Positions 27,232-36,402 of a stretch of 64,000 nucleotides of DNA are shown here, one piece after another. Source of the stretch: Acidimicrobiia bacterium (GTDB taxonomy: Bacteria; Actinomycetota; Acidimicrobiia; Spongiisociales; UBA5794); assembly GCA_036985855.1 (NCBI GenBank), contig BTQL01000007.1, positions 3,060-67,059 of the forward strand. Direction: 5' to 3'. The notes below the pieces were generated by a model, which saw nothing but the letters and a program-made list of their open reading frames with translations, was not told the origin of the DNA and did no database searches. Position 1 is the first letter of the stretch. Each line of letters opens with the position of its first letter. A program made the position numbers and the translations under genes.

Positions 27232-29621
27232 CAGGTATCACAGCGATGGGGCTCGCCTTCTGGGAGCTGTCATCGGTCATGCGAGACTCTGTCACGGGAA
27301 CACCGTGGCAGGTCGCAATCCTCGCAGCTGCCCTTCTGGGCGCGGGCATCACATGGACCGCGATTGCGTATCGTGCTCCCGCATGGCTCATCCTCGTTGT
27401 CAACGCTGGTGCATTCGTCATCTTGACCGGACTCATCGTTGCACCAGAAACCCTTCTCGTCATCCTGCCCACCGGTGAAACCTGGACTGTCGTCTTCGAC
27501 GAACTCGGGCGAGCCTTCGAAATCATCCAACGCAGTGTCGAGCCGGTACGGCCGGTGCCTGGACTCGTACTGCTCATCTCGCTTCTCTTCTGGACGCTAG
27601 GATTCCTGCTCACTGCAGGATTACTCAAAGATCGCCCATTTGTCGCCGTCCTCACTCCGCTCATCGTCGCAGTCCAATTCTCGATCATCGATCGGAAGCC
27701 GAAGAGCTTTGCGCACCTCGCAATGTTCATTCTCGTTGTTGCCTTCTCTCTCATAGCGATCCGCGCGGACGAACGAGATCGTGGAACTGGACGGCTGCAA
27801 AGAGTCAACGCCTCAGGTCCCCCAACGCGAAGACCGACGCCGGCAATCGGCGTACTGATCACCGGAACCGTCGTAGCAGGACTGCTCGCCGTCAGCCTTC
27901 TCGGCGATGCAGTGCCCTCGGACGGCTTCGTGACGTGGCGATCGGCGGCGGGTTACTCGGATGGCTACTCCGGCTCGACCTCCTACAACCCCTTCGTAGA
28001 CATCAAGGCCGGTCTCATCAGCCAGACTGACAATCCGCTTTTCACGGCCAATATCGAAGGCGTTGATCCCTCGACCGTCCGGTTCCGCACCGTGACACTC
28101 GATGTCTACGAGAATGGACGATGGGCAACAGACAGGGTCCATTTGTTCCCGCTCGACGATGAGCCGTGGATCGATCCTGCCCAGGAGTATCGAGGCGAGA
28201 CCGTCTCCGTGAAGGTAGCCATCACGATCCAGAATCTCGCTCAGCCGTGGATGCCGGCCCCCATAACGCCAACAGCGACCGTTGCCGGAACCGAAGGTGA
28301 CGGGAGATCGATGCGGGTGAGGCGACTCGATGGGTCGTTGTTCCTCCCCGGAGACGTCACGTACGAGGGGATGGTGTACACCGTTGAAGCAAACATCCCG
28401 ACGTACACCGCGGAAACCCTCAGTCGGCTCGCCCGAACCGAATCCGGAGAGCTGAGCCCGCTGTTCAGGGCGGCCGAGAACGCGGGAGAGAAGATCCCTC
28501 GTCTGGAAGAGGCCAATGAGATGGTCGAGCTCGAGAATTTCGAATACTGGACCGACATACCAGACAACCTCGGCTCCGGCGTCGTCGTCGAGGCACGAAG
28601 ACAGACAAAGGGCCTCAGCACGAACTTCGAAAAGGCGCTTGCTCTCGAGTACTACTTCAGGTCGTCTGGCAGCTTCATCTACAACACTGAGGTTCCAAGC
28701 CAGTGGATAACCGGTGACGTCTCGGATTGGCTCACCGATGCAGAGAATCCATACGCTCGCAACGGTTACTGCGAACAGTTCGCAACCGCCATGGCACTCA
28801 TGGGCAGAGCGCTTGGTATCCCTTCGAGAGTCGTCCTCGGGTTCACCCCAGGCGATGCGCTCAACGACACACTTGTCCAGGTGAGGGATAAGAACGCTCA
28901 CGCCTGGGTGGAGATGTGGGTACCGACGTATGGTTGGATGTCCTTCGACCCAACCCCCCGGTCTGGATACGCAGCCCCCACGGCCAACGAGAGCCTCGCC
29001 GACATCCTCGAGTTCTCACCCTACGACTACGTAGAGGCGATCCCTCCCAGCCAGTTGGTAGACGACTCTGGTGGCGGAATAGGGCCGGACGCAGGGCGCT
29101 TCGAAGCCCGCGAAGAACAGGACTCGACTTTCGTGCCGGGTGGCGGCGGCGAAGGGGAGGACATCGCCGGTCCAGACCTGCCAAGGTGGGCGACCTGGAT
29201 CCTTGCAATGGGCGCCGCCGCGGGCGTTCTCGTGGCTCTTGTCCCGATCACCAAGTGGTTTCGCAGGCGCCGCCGACTTGCGAGACTCAAGAAGGGGGAC
29301 ATCACCGCAGCCTGGCAAGACATCACCGAACGCCTCGTCGACCTGGGAGAGCCATTCGATTCTGCGGCCACTCCACTTGAAGCCGCCGGATCAATCGATG
29401 AGGCATTCGTTCCCCTTGCCGAGGCGTACGGCCAGTCGCTGTATGGCGAGTACGAGTCAACGACCGCTGTCATCGACAAAGCGACCGATGCTCACACACG
29501 AGCGGCGCAACACATGGCAACGCGCTACTCGCCAATCGAGCGGATCCTTGCCGCATTTCGACCCACGAGAATTATCGAGAAGTGGACCGATCTGGTGGGC
29601 CGGAGGAACGGGAACTCCTGA
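27207..29621 (+). CDS. Membrane-bound transglutaminase-like protein (DUF3488/TgpA type)
   Basis: Multi-TM N-terminus; catalytic triad GYCEQFA / NAHAWVE / FDPTP; C-terminal TM. Start re-picked at 27207. Confidence 0.93.
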   Translation: MVYRFSWIAGITAMGLAFWELSSVMRDSVTGTPWQVAILAAALLGAGITWTAIAYRAPAWLILVVNAGAFVILTGLIVAPETLLVILPTGETWTVVFDELGRAFEIIQRSVEPVRPVPGLVLLISLLFWTLGFLLTAGLLKDRPFVAVLTPLIVAVQFSIIDRKPKSFAHLAMFILVVAFSLIAIRADERDRGTGRLQRVNASGPPTRRPTPAIGVLITGTVVAGLLAVSLLGDAVPSDGFVTWRSAAGYSDGYSGSTSYNPFVDIKAGLISQTDNPLFTANIEGVDPSTVRFRTVTLDVYENGRWATDRVHLFPLDDEPWIDPAQEYRGETVSVKVAITIQNLAQPWMPAPITPTATVAGTEGDGRSMRVRRLDGSLFLPGDVTYEGMVYTVEANIPTYTAETLSRLARTESGELSPLFRAAENAGEKIPRLEEANEMVELENFEYWTDIPDNLGSGVVVEARRQTKGLSTNFEKALALEYYFRSSGSFIYNTEVPSQWITGDVSDWLTDAENPYARNGYCEQFATAMALMGRALGIPSRVVLGFTPGDALNDTLVQVRDKNAHAWVEMWVPTYGWMSFDPTPRSGYAAPTANESLADILEFSPYDYVEAIPPSQLVDDSGGGIGPDAGRFEAREEQDSTFVPGGGGEGEDIAGPDLPRWATWILAMGAAAGVLVALVPITKWFRRRRRLARLKKGDITAAWQDITERLVDLGEPFDSAATPLEAAGSIDEAFVPLAEAYGQSLYGEYESTTAVIDKATDAHTRAAQHMATRYSPIERILAAFRPTRIIEKWTDLVGRRNGNS

Positions 29622-29669
29622 TTCCTGCCCTGCAATGTTCGGGGTGTCGATGTCGAGGCAGGGCGCAGG

Positions 29670-30167
29670 TCAACCCGATGCTTCATGTGCCTCTGTTGTC
29701 ACGTCGTCCTCCACAAGCTTCAACATCTCCCTGAAGCTCGCACGGTCGAGCTCGAACTTCGTGACGTCGTCCTCGACGTCTTGTGCGATCTCGTCGATCC
29801 TCACGAAAAAAGCAAGCTGACCCTGGCGGAGAGCGTCGAGCAGCTCAGTTTCATCGTGAGCCACAGCGAACACCGACTGGCCGTCGGTCACGAGTTTCAC
29901 ATTTGCAAGATGGTCGTCCATGTCGCCGGTGCGGCGTAGATACTCCCAGGCTCGACGCACACGTTGAATCGACAAGCCGTTGTCGAGAAGGCTCTTGACC
30001 ACACGGAGGCCGACGAGATCGCGGAAGCTGTAGATGCGCCGTCTCCCTGGTCGACCGTCTGTCGTCTGGAGAGAGGGTTGTATCAGCCCGACCTTGTCCC
30101 AGTACCGAAGTTGATGTGGTGTACAAGACGTCAGCCGACATGCCTGTGCGGCGGTAAAACCCTCCAA
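29670..30167 (-). CDS. MerR-family transcriptional regulator (Rv1830/McdR-like)
   Basis: TTG start. QLRYWDKVGLIQPS...RRIYSFRDLV.LRVVKSLLDNGLS matches the actinobacterial Rv1830-type pattern as I recall it. Confidence 0.85.
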   Translation of the reverse strand: MEGFTAAQACRLTSCTPHQLRYWDKVGLIQPSLQTTDGRPGRRRIYSFRDLVGLRVVKSLLDNGLSIQRVRRAWEYLRRTGDMDDHLANVKLVTDGQSVFAVAHDETELLDALRQGQLAFFVRIDEIAQDVEDDVTKFELDRASFREMLKLVEDDVTTEAHEASG

Positions 30168-30269
30168 AACCCGTTCTCCCTTTACTCATCATGCGGACGA
30201 TGCACGGTTGTCCGCTCCAGTCCTTGCCCCTTCGGTGCCCTACCAGCTGATCCGAAGCGGTTGGTCATC

Positions 30270-30611
30270 CTAGCCGTCCCTGCGCCACCTATGTTGGAAC
30301 CGCAGCAACCAATCATCGACAGCCCCGGATGTCGACCGACCGATTCGGGATGCTCTGGCTGTGAGCGCCATCCAGCCGGCGGACGCAACCATGATCAAGA
30401 ACCCGGCACCCGCGATCGCCCAGGACCGCGGGAACGATACGAACATGACAATCGCTCCCAGCACGAATACCGCCGCCGCAACACGCATCTTCCAGCGCTC
30501 GGCTCCTCCCCTGACAGCCTTTGCGACCATCTCGGCGAGCTTCGGGTCCTCTTCGTAGAGCTGGCGCTCGATTTCATCGAGGATTTTCTGCTCGTGTTCG
30601 TTGAGTGGCAT
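30270..30611 (-). CDS. DUF3040 family membrane protein
   Basis: Start re-picked: MPLNEHEQKILDEIERQLYEEDPKLA, followed by two TMs. Confidence 0.9.
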   Translation of the reverse strand: MPLNEHEQKILDEIERQLYEEDPKLAEMVAKAVRGGAERWKMRVAAAVFVLGAIVMFVSFPRSWAIAGAGFLIMVASAGWMALTARASRIGRSTSGAVDDWLLRFQHRWRRDG

Positions 30612-30684
30612 GTTGTTCCCGTAGTCTACGAGCGGGTTCTTCTTGTCAGTATACCTGACCCTCGATATGCCGTCGGGGTCCATA

Positions 30685-30762
30685 TCAACTAGTTGACAGT
30701 TCACAGTTCCAGTTCACAGTCGCCCTAGCAGAGCGAACAGACAAGACTGATATCTGTGAACT
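30685..30762. repeat. Palindrome plus short tandem repeats in a divergent promoter region
   Basis: TCAACTAGTTGA perfect palindrome (30685-30696), then about 4 copies of (A)CAGTTC up to 30720, and an inverted CTGTGAACT at 30754-30762. Confidence 0.6.
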
Positions 30763-31376
30763 CTCAAGGCAACAGCGAACTCTTTCTCATACGCCATGGT
30801 GCCGTCTCCAATCCCAACCATGTTGTGTACGGGGACCTTCCGGGCTTTCATCTCTCCCCCACCGGAGTGCTTCAAGCACATCGCACAGCGGAACACCTCA
30901 GGACCTCCAGGATCGATGTTGTCCTCACGTCCCCCATCGAGCGCGCTTTCGAAACGGCGACAGCGATCGCTCGACACCACGATATCGAGCCGATTGTCGA
31001 CATCAGACTGACCGAATCGAGGCAATTCCCGCACTGGACCGGACACCGATGGGAATCGATACCTGTTCTGTACCCCGGAGAACTCGAGGCCTACATCGAG
31101 GATGCCGACGCGGCCAGAGGGCATGAGACGCTCACGGAAGTTTCGTCGCGCATCATATCGGCGATCGACGATGCAACGTCCCGCGGCTTCCGACACATTG
31201 CCGTTGTCGGTCATCAGGATCCTGTGCAAGCAACGAGGCTCGCTCTCACGGCCAGAGACCTCCGCGGATTGAGAACCGACCCGCCGCGCCATGCTGAGGT
31301 GGTCACGCTCGTTCGCCGGGATGACGATACCTGGACCGAGCAGAATCGATGGTTGCCGATGGAAGCAACCGGCTGA
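30756..31376 (+). CDS. Histidine phosphatase (phosphoglycerate mutase) family protein
   Basis: LIRHG, SP.ERA.ETA, L.E, VVGHQ. Confidence 0.9.
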   Translation: MNSQGNSELFLIRHGAVSNPNHVVYGDLPGFHLSPTGVLQAHRTAEHLRTSRIDVVLTSPIERAFETATAIARHHDIEPIVDIRLTESRQFPHWTGHRWESIPVLYPGELEAYIEDADAARGHETLTEVSSRIISAIDDATSRGFRHIAVVGHQDPVQATRLALTARDLRGLRTDPPRHAEVVTLVRRDDDTWTEQNRWLPMEATG

Positions 31377-31426
31377 GCCGATCGAAGTCCACTACACTCT
31401 CGCCAGTCTTGTCGACGAGGAGCGTC

Positions 31427-31876
31427 TTGACCAACCGAACTCTATTCAAGAGTGCAATCTTCATAGCTGGAGTATTCGTTGCCCTCGTCGTGGTCGGTTC
31501 ACTGGTGTCTTCAGGACCCTCACAGGCCACGGTCGAGTCCGACCGTCAACCAACGACGACCACCACGACCGAGCCACCCGCGGCAGGCGTCGTGGTTGTA
31601 CTCCTCGAGAACGGTGTCCTCAGGCCATCGAACCTCGAGATCGACCTCGAGCAGATTCAAATCGTCAACTGGATCAACAACGACGACAGGGTGTTCATCA
31701 TCGAGGACGCAGGAGGCGCGTTTGCCTCCGAACCTCTCAGCCCCGGCGATGAGTTCGAATTCGATTATTCGACCGTTCCACCGGGGCTCTATCGCTACAG
31801 AGCGGTTCTCGATACCGACAGCCTCTTCGGAGGAGTACGCGTCCCCGGCGTGGTGGACTCCCGTCCGGCCCAGTAG
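31427..31876 (+). CDS. Membrane-anchored cupredoxin-fold protein lacking type-1 Cu ligands
   Basis: TTG after GAGGAG; TM, Thr-rich linker, then F.PSNLEI...VNWINND...SEPLSPGDEFEFDY..PG.YRY pattern. Confidence 0.65.
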   Translation: MTNRTLFKSAIFIAGVFVALVVVGSLVSSGPSQATVESDRQPTTTTTTEPPAAGVVVVLLENGVLRPSNLEIDLEQIQIVNWINNDDRVFIIEDAGGAFASEPLSPGDEFEFDYSTVPPGLYRYRAVLDTDSLFGGVRVPGVVDSRPAQ

Positions 31877-31894
31877 TTCCCCGGCAGCGAAGCA

Positions 31895-32599
31895 ATGAGC
31901 CGTCCCCCGATTGCCATCGGCGCCTCGGGATTCATAGCAGTCACCTTTGGCTTGATCGCTTTCGCGCAGGACAGCGGGACAATCGCTTCGTCGGCCGCGG
32001 CGATGATCATCAGTGGTATCGCGGGCATGGCGATCGGTGGTCTCGCGGGACTCCTTCTTGTGCACGCTCGGTGGGGCGGATGGATGCTCGGATCTGCCGT
32101 TCTGGCTTCGATCTTCCTGGCTTCGGTCGGCGGATCAGTGCTCTTTTGGATCGCTCTCGGAATTGCAGCCATCTCGATCATCGGCCTCACCGGACCCTGG
32201 TTGACACTCTGGGTGCGCCAGCAGCCGGTCGCCGATCCGCTTGGGATGATCCCCGTGGCTCTCATCGCGAGCAGCGTAGCTGCACCGATCATCGTTGGAC
32301 TTGCAGCCTACGGAGGAGTCACCTGGTTCCACTGGACGCTCGTTGGTTTCGTTGTGGTTTCGGCGTGGGCGTACGGAAGAGGACTCCCGTTCGGTATCTG
32401 GGGGTTCCGAGTCATCGTTCCGATTGTCGGTCTGTTTGTTACGATTCTGACCCCTGGTCCGGCCAGCCTCGCGATCGCTGGTGGAGCCGTCGTAGTGGCT
32501 GGAATGGCATGGAACCGCCGGGCGCGAAAGGTAACCGCAGTGATCACACCTCCGCTACCGGCACCTGTCAATCGCGGGACGTCCAACCGTGAGAACTAG
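31895..32599 (+). CDS. Integral membrane protein
   Basis: About 7 hydrophobic segments; operon-like spacing. Confidence 0.75.
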   Translation: MSRPPIAIGASGFIAVTFGLIAFAQDSGTIASSAAAMIISGIAGMAIGGLAGLLLVHARWGGWMLGSAVLASIFLASVGGSVLFWIALGIAAISIIGLTGPWLTLWVRQQPVADPLGMIPVALIASSVAAPIIVGLAAYGGVTWFHWTLVGFVVVSAWAYGRGLPFGIWGFRVIVPIVGLFVTILTPGPASLAIAGGAVVVAGMAWNRRARKVTAVITPPLPAPVNRGTSNREN

Positions 32600-33014
32600 C
32601 GACGCACTTGCGATTGCAGTGTCGGCCCTCGTCGGTGCCGTCACGGGCTGGCTGATCGCCGAATCAGTTGGCGCAGTGATCGGGACCACCATTTCTGTGA
32701 TCCTCGCCTATGTCGGTGTCAGGGCGAACATCCGGCCCGGAGTTGTCTCAACCGTACTCGTCGGGACGATGGCTGGTGGACTCATCGGTTCGAGTGTCGT
32801 CGAGGCCATCTGTCTGCCCGCGAGCTGTCGACCACTTACGGTCGCAGGCGGGCTCATCACAGCGGCGCTCTCCTTTGTTGGGGTCGGACTCGTTGCAGCT
32901 CTCGTGACACGGTCGTTCGACGAGTACAACGAACGCATCGCGGCCGGCCTGCCACCAACGGGCGTCGGCTGTGAGGGAGGGGACACGAACAGGGACAAAG
33001 ATACCGATGACTGA
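32589..33014 (+). CDS. Small integral membrane protein
   Basis: About 4 Gly-rich TMs; CLPASC loop; overlaps the upstream gene. Confidence 0.7.
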   Translation: MRTSDALAIAVSALVGAVTGWLIAESVGAVIGTTISVILAYVGVRANIRPGVVSTVLVGTMAGGLIGSSVVEAICLPASCRPLTVAGGLITAALSFVGVGLVAALVTRSFDEYNERIAAGLPPTGVGCEGGDTNRDKDTDD

Positions 33015-33062
33015 TGACCCGTCCGATCCTTCGGCTATCGGTGAGCGGATGCCCTCAGGCCA

Positions 33063-34313
33063 CTAGTCCGGTGGTGCTCCGAAGATGAGGGACACATTGT
33101 GTCCTCCGAACCCGAATGAGTTCGTCATCGCTGTCGTAATGGCAACTGCTCTCGCACGGTTGGGCACATAGTCGAGATCGCACTCCTCGTCGGGTGTCTC
33201 GTAGTTGATCGTCGGTGGCAGCATGCCGTCGCGAATCGCGAGAAGGCACGCGAGTGACTCGACCGCTCCCGCGGCCCCGAGCAGATGACCGGTCATCGAC
33301 TTGGTAGAAGAGACAGGGATCTCGTAGGCAGCGTCGCCGAAGGCAGTCTTTATCGCAGCCGTTTCGGTCTTGTCATTGGCGGGCGTCGAAGTACCGTGGG
33401 CGTTGATGTAGCCAAGTTCGGCTGGGGCAAGACCTGCATCGTCCAACGCCGCCGTCATCGCGCGTGCTGCGCCTGCACCTCCCGGCCGTGGCAGGGTGAT
33501 GTGATAGCCGTCTGCGGACATGCCATACCCGAGAAGCTCACCGTAGATGTGAGCGCCACGGCTGCGAGCATGTCCGAGCTCCTCGAGGATCAACACCGCA
33601 GCCCCCTCACCCATTACGAACCCGTCTCTGTGCAGGTCGAATGGTCGCGACGCTCCCTCGGGATCATCGTTGTTCGTGCTCATGGCCCGTGCAGAAGCGA
33701 AACCAGCAATCGCGAACCGGGTTATGCTCGCCTCCCCTCCACCTGCAACCATGACGTCGGCAGCGCCACGTGCAATCACGGCTGCGGCGTCACCGATGGC
33801 GTTCGCCGATGCCGCGCACGCAGTCACGGTCGTCGAGTTCGGTCCATAGAGATTGAAGTCGATCGAAGCAACCCCTCCGGCCATGTTCGAGATGATCTTG
33901 GCGATGCCGTACGGAGAGATACGACTCGGGCCGCGATCGAGGAGCACACCGATCTGTTCCTCCATCGTCTCGATCCCGCCGATTCCGGTGCCCGCAAGAA
34001 CACCGGCACGCAGGGCAGCAGGGTCGTCTTCTTCATATGAAAGGCCGGCGTCTTGGAGCGCTTGTTTCGTCGCCACCCAGAACAGCTGGGAACTACGGTC
34101 AAGTCGACGCGCGTCGCGCACAGACATGTGATCGGTGATATCGAAATCCTTGATCTCCGAACCGATCTTTGTCGTGATATCGGAGACATCGACGCGCTCG
34201 ATCCTTGAAACACCGCTCCTGCCGTCAAGAAGATTGCGCCAGAGTTCGTCCACACTCGATCCGAGCGCGGTTCGTGTTCCCAAGCCCGTTATGACGACCC
34301 TGCGGCCGATCAT
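33063..34313 (-). CDS. fabF: 3-oxoacyl-ACP synthase II
   Basis: TACAAS (Cys), INAHGTST and TGHLLGAAG (His, His), NSFGFGGHN. Confidence 0.98.
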   Translation of the reverse strand: MIGRRVVITGLGTRTALGSSVDELWRNLLDGRSGVSRIERVDVSDITTKIGSEIKDFDITDHMSVRDARRLDRSSQLFWVATKQALQDAGLSYEEDDPAALRAGVLAGTGIGGIETMEEQIGVLLDRGPSRISPYGIAKIISNMAGGVASIDFNLYGPNSTTVTACAASANAIGDAAAVIARGAADVMVAGGGEASITRFAIAGFASARAMSTNNDDPEGASRPFDLHRDGFVMGEGAAVLILEELGHARSRGAHIYGELLGYGMSADGYHITLPRPGGAGAARAMTAALDDAGLAPAELGYINAHGTSTPANDKTETAAIKTAFGDAAYEIPVSSTKSMTGHLLGAAGAVESLACLLAIRDGMLPPTINYETPDEECDLDYVPNRARAVAITTAMTNSFGFGGHNVSLIFGAPPD

Positions 34314-34321
34314 CAGCAGCC

Positions 34322-34567
34322 CTAACCAGCAAGTTTGGCAACGACCAGATCGACGGCTTGGCCAACGGTGCCGATCGACTCCGCTTCCTCGTCCGGGATC
34401 TGAACACCGAAATTGTCCTCGAGCGCCATGAGGAGCTCGACTACGCCAAGCGAGTCGACTTCGAGGTCTTCTTCGAATCGCGCTTCAGCGGTGATCTTGT
34501 CAGCATCGAGGCCGAGCTCTTCCACGAGAAGTTCGTTCAACTTCGATTCAATTTCCGCACGTTCCAT
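34322..34567 (-). CDS. acpP: Acyl carrier protein
   Basis: [18 protein letters not shown] phosphopantetheine site. Confidence 0.97.
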   Translation of the reverse strand: MERAEIESKLNELLVEELGLDADKITAEARFEEDLEVDSLGVVELLMALEDNFGVQIPDEEAESIGTVGQAVDLVVAKLAG

Positions 34568-34587
34568 GGCATGTGTCTCCTGGTTGG

Positions 34588-35322
34588 TTATAGAGCCAAC
34601 CCACCGTCAACGACGATGGTCTGGCCGGTGATGTACGAAGCACCGTCGGAAGCAAGATAGCCGACTATCGATGCGACTTCCCCAGGCAAGCCGAGTCTGC
34701 CGAGGGCGATCTGTTCAGCTACTGCGTCGGTGACGTTGTCCCCGAGCGCAGCGGTCATGTCGGTCTGGATAAAACCCGGGGCAATGGCGTTGACGGTTAT
34801 TCCCCTGGAACCGACCTCTTTCGCTACAGATTTGGTGAAACCGATGATGCCAGCCTTGGCAGCTGCGTAGTTGCTTTGTCCCGGATTCCCTGAGATCCCT
34901 GAAACTGAACTGATGTTGATGATCCTTCCCGACTTCGCCCGCAGCATCGAACGCAGCGCTGCTTTGGTGCACAAGAAAACCGAACCGAGATTCGTGTTCA
35001 CAACGTTGTCCCACTGATCAGATGTCATGCGCAGAAGCAACCCGTCATCGGTGATCCCAGCGTTGTTGACGAGGACCGAAACCGAACCGAGTTCGTTGGA
35101 AACCATCTCGAACATGGCCGCGACGGCATCGGCGTCGGACACATCAGCCTGCACGGCGAGCGCGCTCCCGCCGTGTTCTTCAATCTTTGACACTACCTCG
35201 TCGGCCTTCGCAGAGTTCGAGGCATAGTTCACCGCAACGGCAAAACCGTCGGCAGCGAGGTGGAGCGCAATTGCGCGACCGATACCCCTGGAAGCTCCCG
35301 TTACGAGCGCAACATCGGTCAT
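34588..35322 (-). CDS. fabG: 3-oxoacyl-ACP reductase
   Basis: TGASRGIG, NNAGIT.D, YAAAKAG. Confidence 0.96.
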   Translation of the reverse strand: MTDVALVTGASRGIGRAIALHLAADGFAVAVNYASNSAKADEVVSKIEEHGGSALAVQADVSDADAVAAMFEMVSNELGSVSVLVNNAGITDDGLLLRMTSDQWDNVVNTNLGSVFLCTKAALRSMLRAKSGRIINISSVSGISGNPGQSNYAAAKAGIIGFTKSVAKEVGSRGITVNAIAPGFIQTDMTAALGDNVTDAVAEQIALGRLGLPGEVASIVGYLASDGASYITGQTIVVDGGLAL

Positions 35323-36380
35323 CTTTGGAATGCTTTCTGTTTCTGGATCAGAATCTCAAGACCCGTCTTGTCTGGTTCCGGTAGTTGTTCATCGATCGTT
35401 GCCAGTGGTTCTGTACGGTCTCCCCACTGGAATGCAACGGAACCCCATGTGACGCCGGCGCCATATGCGGCGAACACGAGCTTGTCCCCCGCGTGCACAC
35501 GACCTTCCTCAATCGCCTCCGAAAGAGCGATGGGGATCGTCGCCGCTGAGGTGTTGCCGTACTTGTGAATGTTCACAAACATCTTCGATTCATCAGCCTT
35601 GATTCTGCGTCGCACCGCATCGATGATCCTCAAGTTCGCCTGGTGCGGGATGACAAGGTCGATGTCTTCGAGTTCCCAGCCTGCATCCTTGGCAGCTGAG
35701 ATTGTGCCCTCACCCATCTTGACCACGGCGCCCTTGAAGATCTCCGCACCGTCCATGACGATGGCTATCTCTGCTTCCGAGTCGATGAATTCGGTTCCGA
35801 GCCCTGTAGCGGTGAGGTACTCGGCGCCGCTCCCGTCGGCGCCAAGCGCCATCGACTTGATTCCTGAGTCGTCGTCCGACGCCTCTACGACGACTGCGCC
35901 TGCGCCGTCGCCGAAGAGCACGGCGGTTGAACGTTTCTTAAGATTGAGATAGGACGTGATTCGCTCAGACCCGATCAAGAGGACGCGGTTGGCCGTGCCC
36001 GTTGCGATGAGTCCGTGGGCCATGGAGAGGCCATAGATGAATCCCGAGCAACCTGCATTGATGTCCGAAGCGGCTGCGCGCACCGCGCCGATCTTGGACT
36101 GCACGTACGCTGCCGAGGATGGGATCTGTCGGTCCGCGGTACACGTAGCGACGATCACATAGTCAACGTCGGTAGGTTGCAAACCCGCGGCCGCCACCGC
36201 GCGCTTTCCAGCGAGTGCTGCCATGTCGGAGTTGTTGACATGAGAAACGTGTCGCTCCTTGATGCCAGAGCGCGACGTGATCCACTCATCGCTTGTATCG
36301 ATGACCGTTGCGAGCTCATCGTTCGTCACAACAGGTTGAGGGATGCAGCGGCCCCAGCCGGTGATGGTTACGTTCTTCAT
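35319..36380 (-). CDS. fabH: 3-oxoacyl-ACP synthase III
   Basis: DINAGCSGF (Cys), LFGDGAGA, IPHQAN (His), GNTSAA (Asn); C-terminal extension of about 35 aa. Confidence 0.97.
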   Translation of the reverse strand: MKNVTITGWGRCIPQPVVTNDELATVIDTSDEWITSRSGIKERHVSHVNNSDMAALAGKRAVAAAGLQPTDVDYVIVATCTADRQIPSSAAYVQSKIGAVRAAASDINAGCSGFIYGLSMAHGLIATGTANRVLLIGSERITSYLNLKKRSTAVLFGDGAGAVVVEASDDDSGIKSMALGADGSGAEYLTATGLGTEFIDSEAEIAIVMDGAEIFKGAVVKMGEGTISAAKDAGWELEDIDLVIPHQANLRIIDAVRRRIKADESKMFVNIHKYGNTSAATIPIALSEAIEEGRVHAGDKLVFAAYGAGVTWGSVAFQWGDRTEPLATIDEQLPEPDKTGLEILIQKQKAFQR

Positions 36381-36402
36381 GCTGTTCCTTCCCAGCGAGC
36401 CT

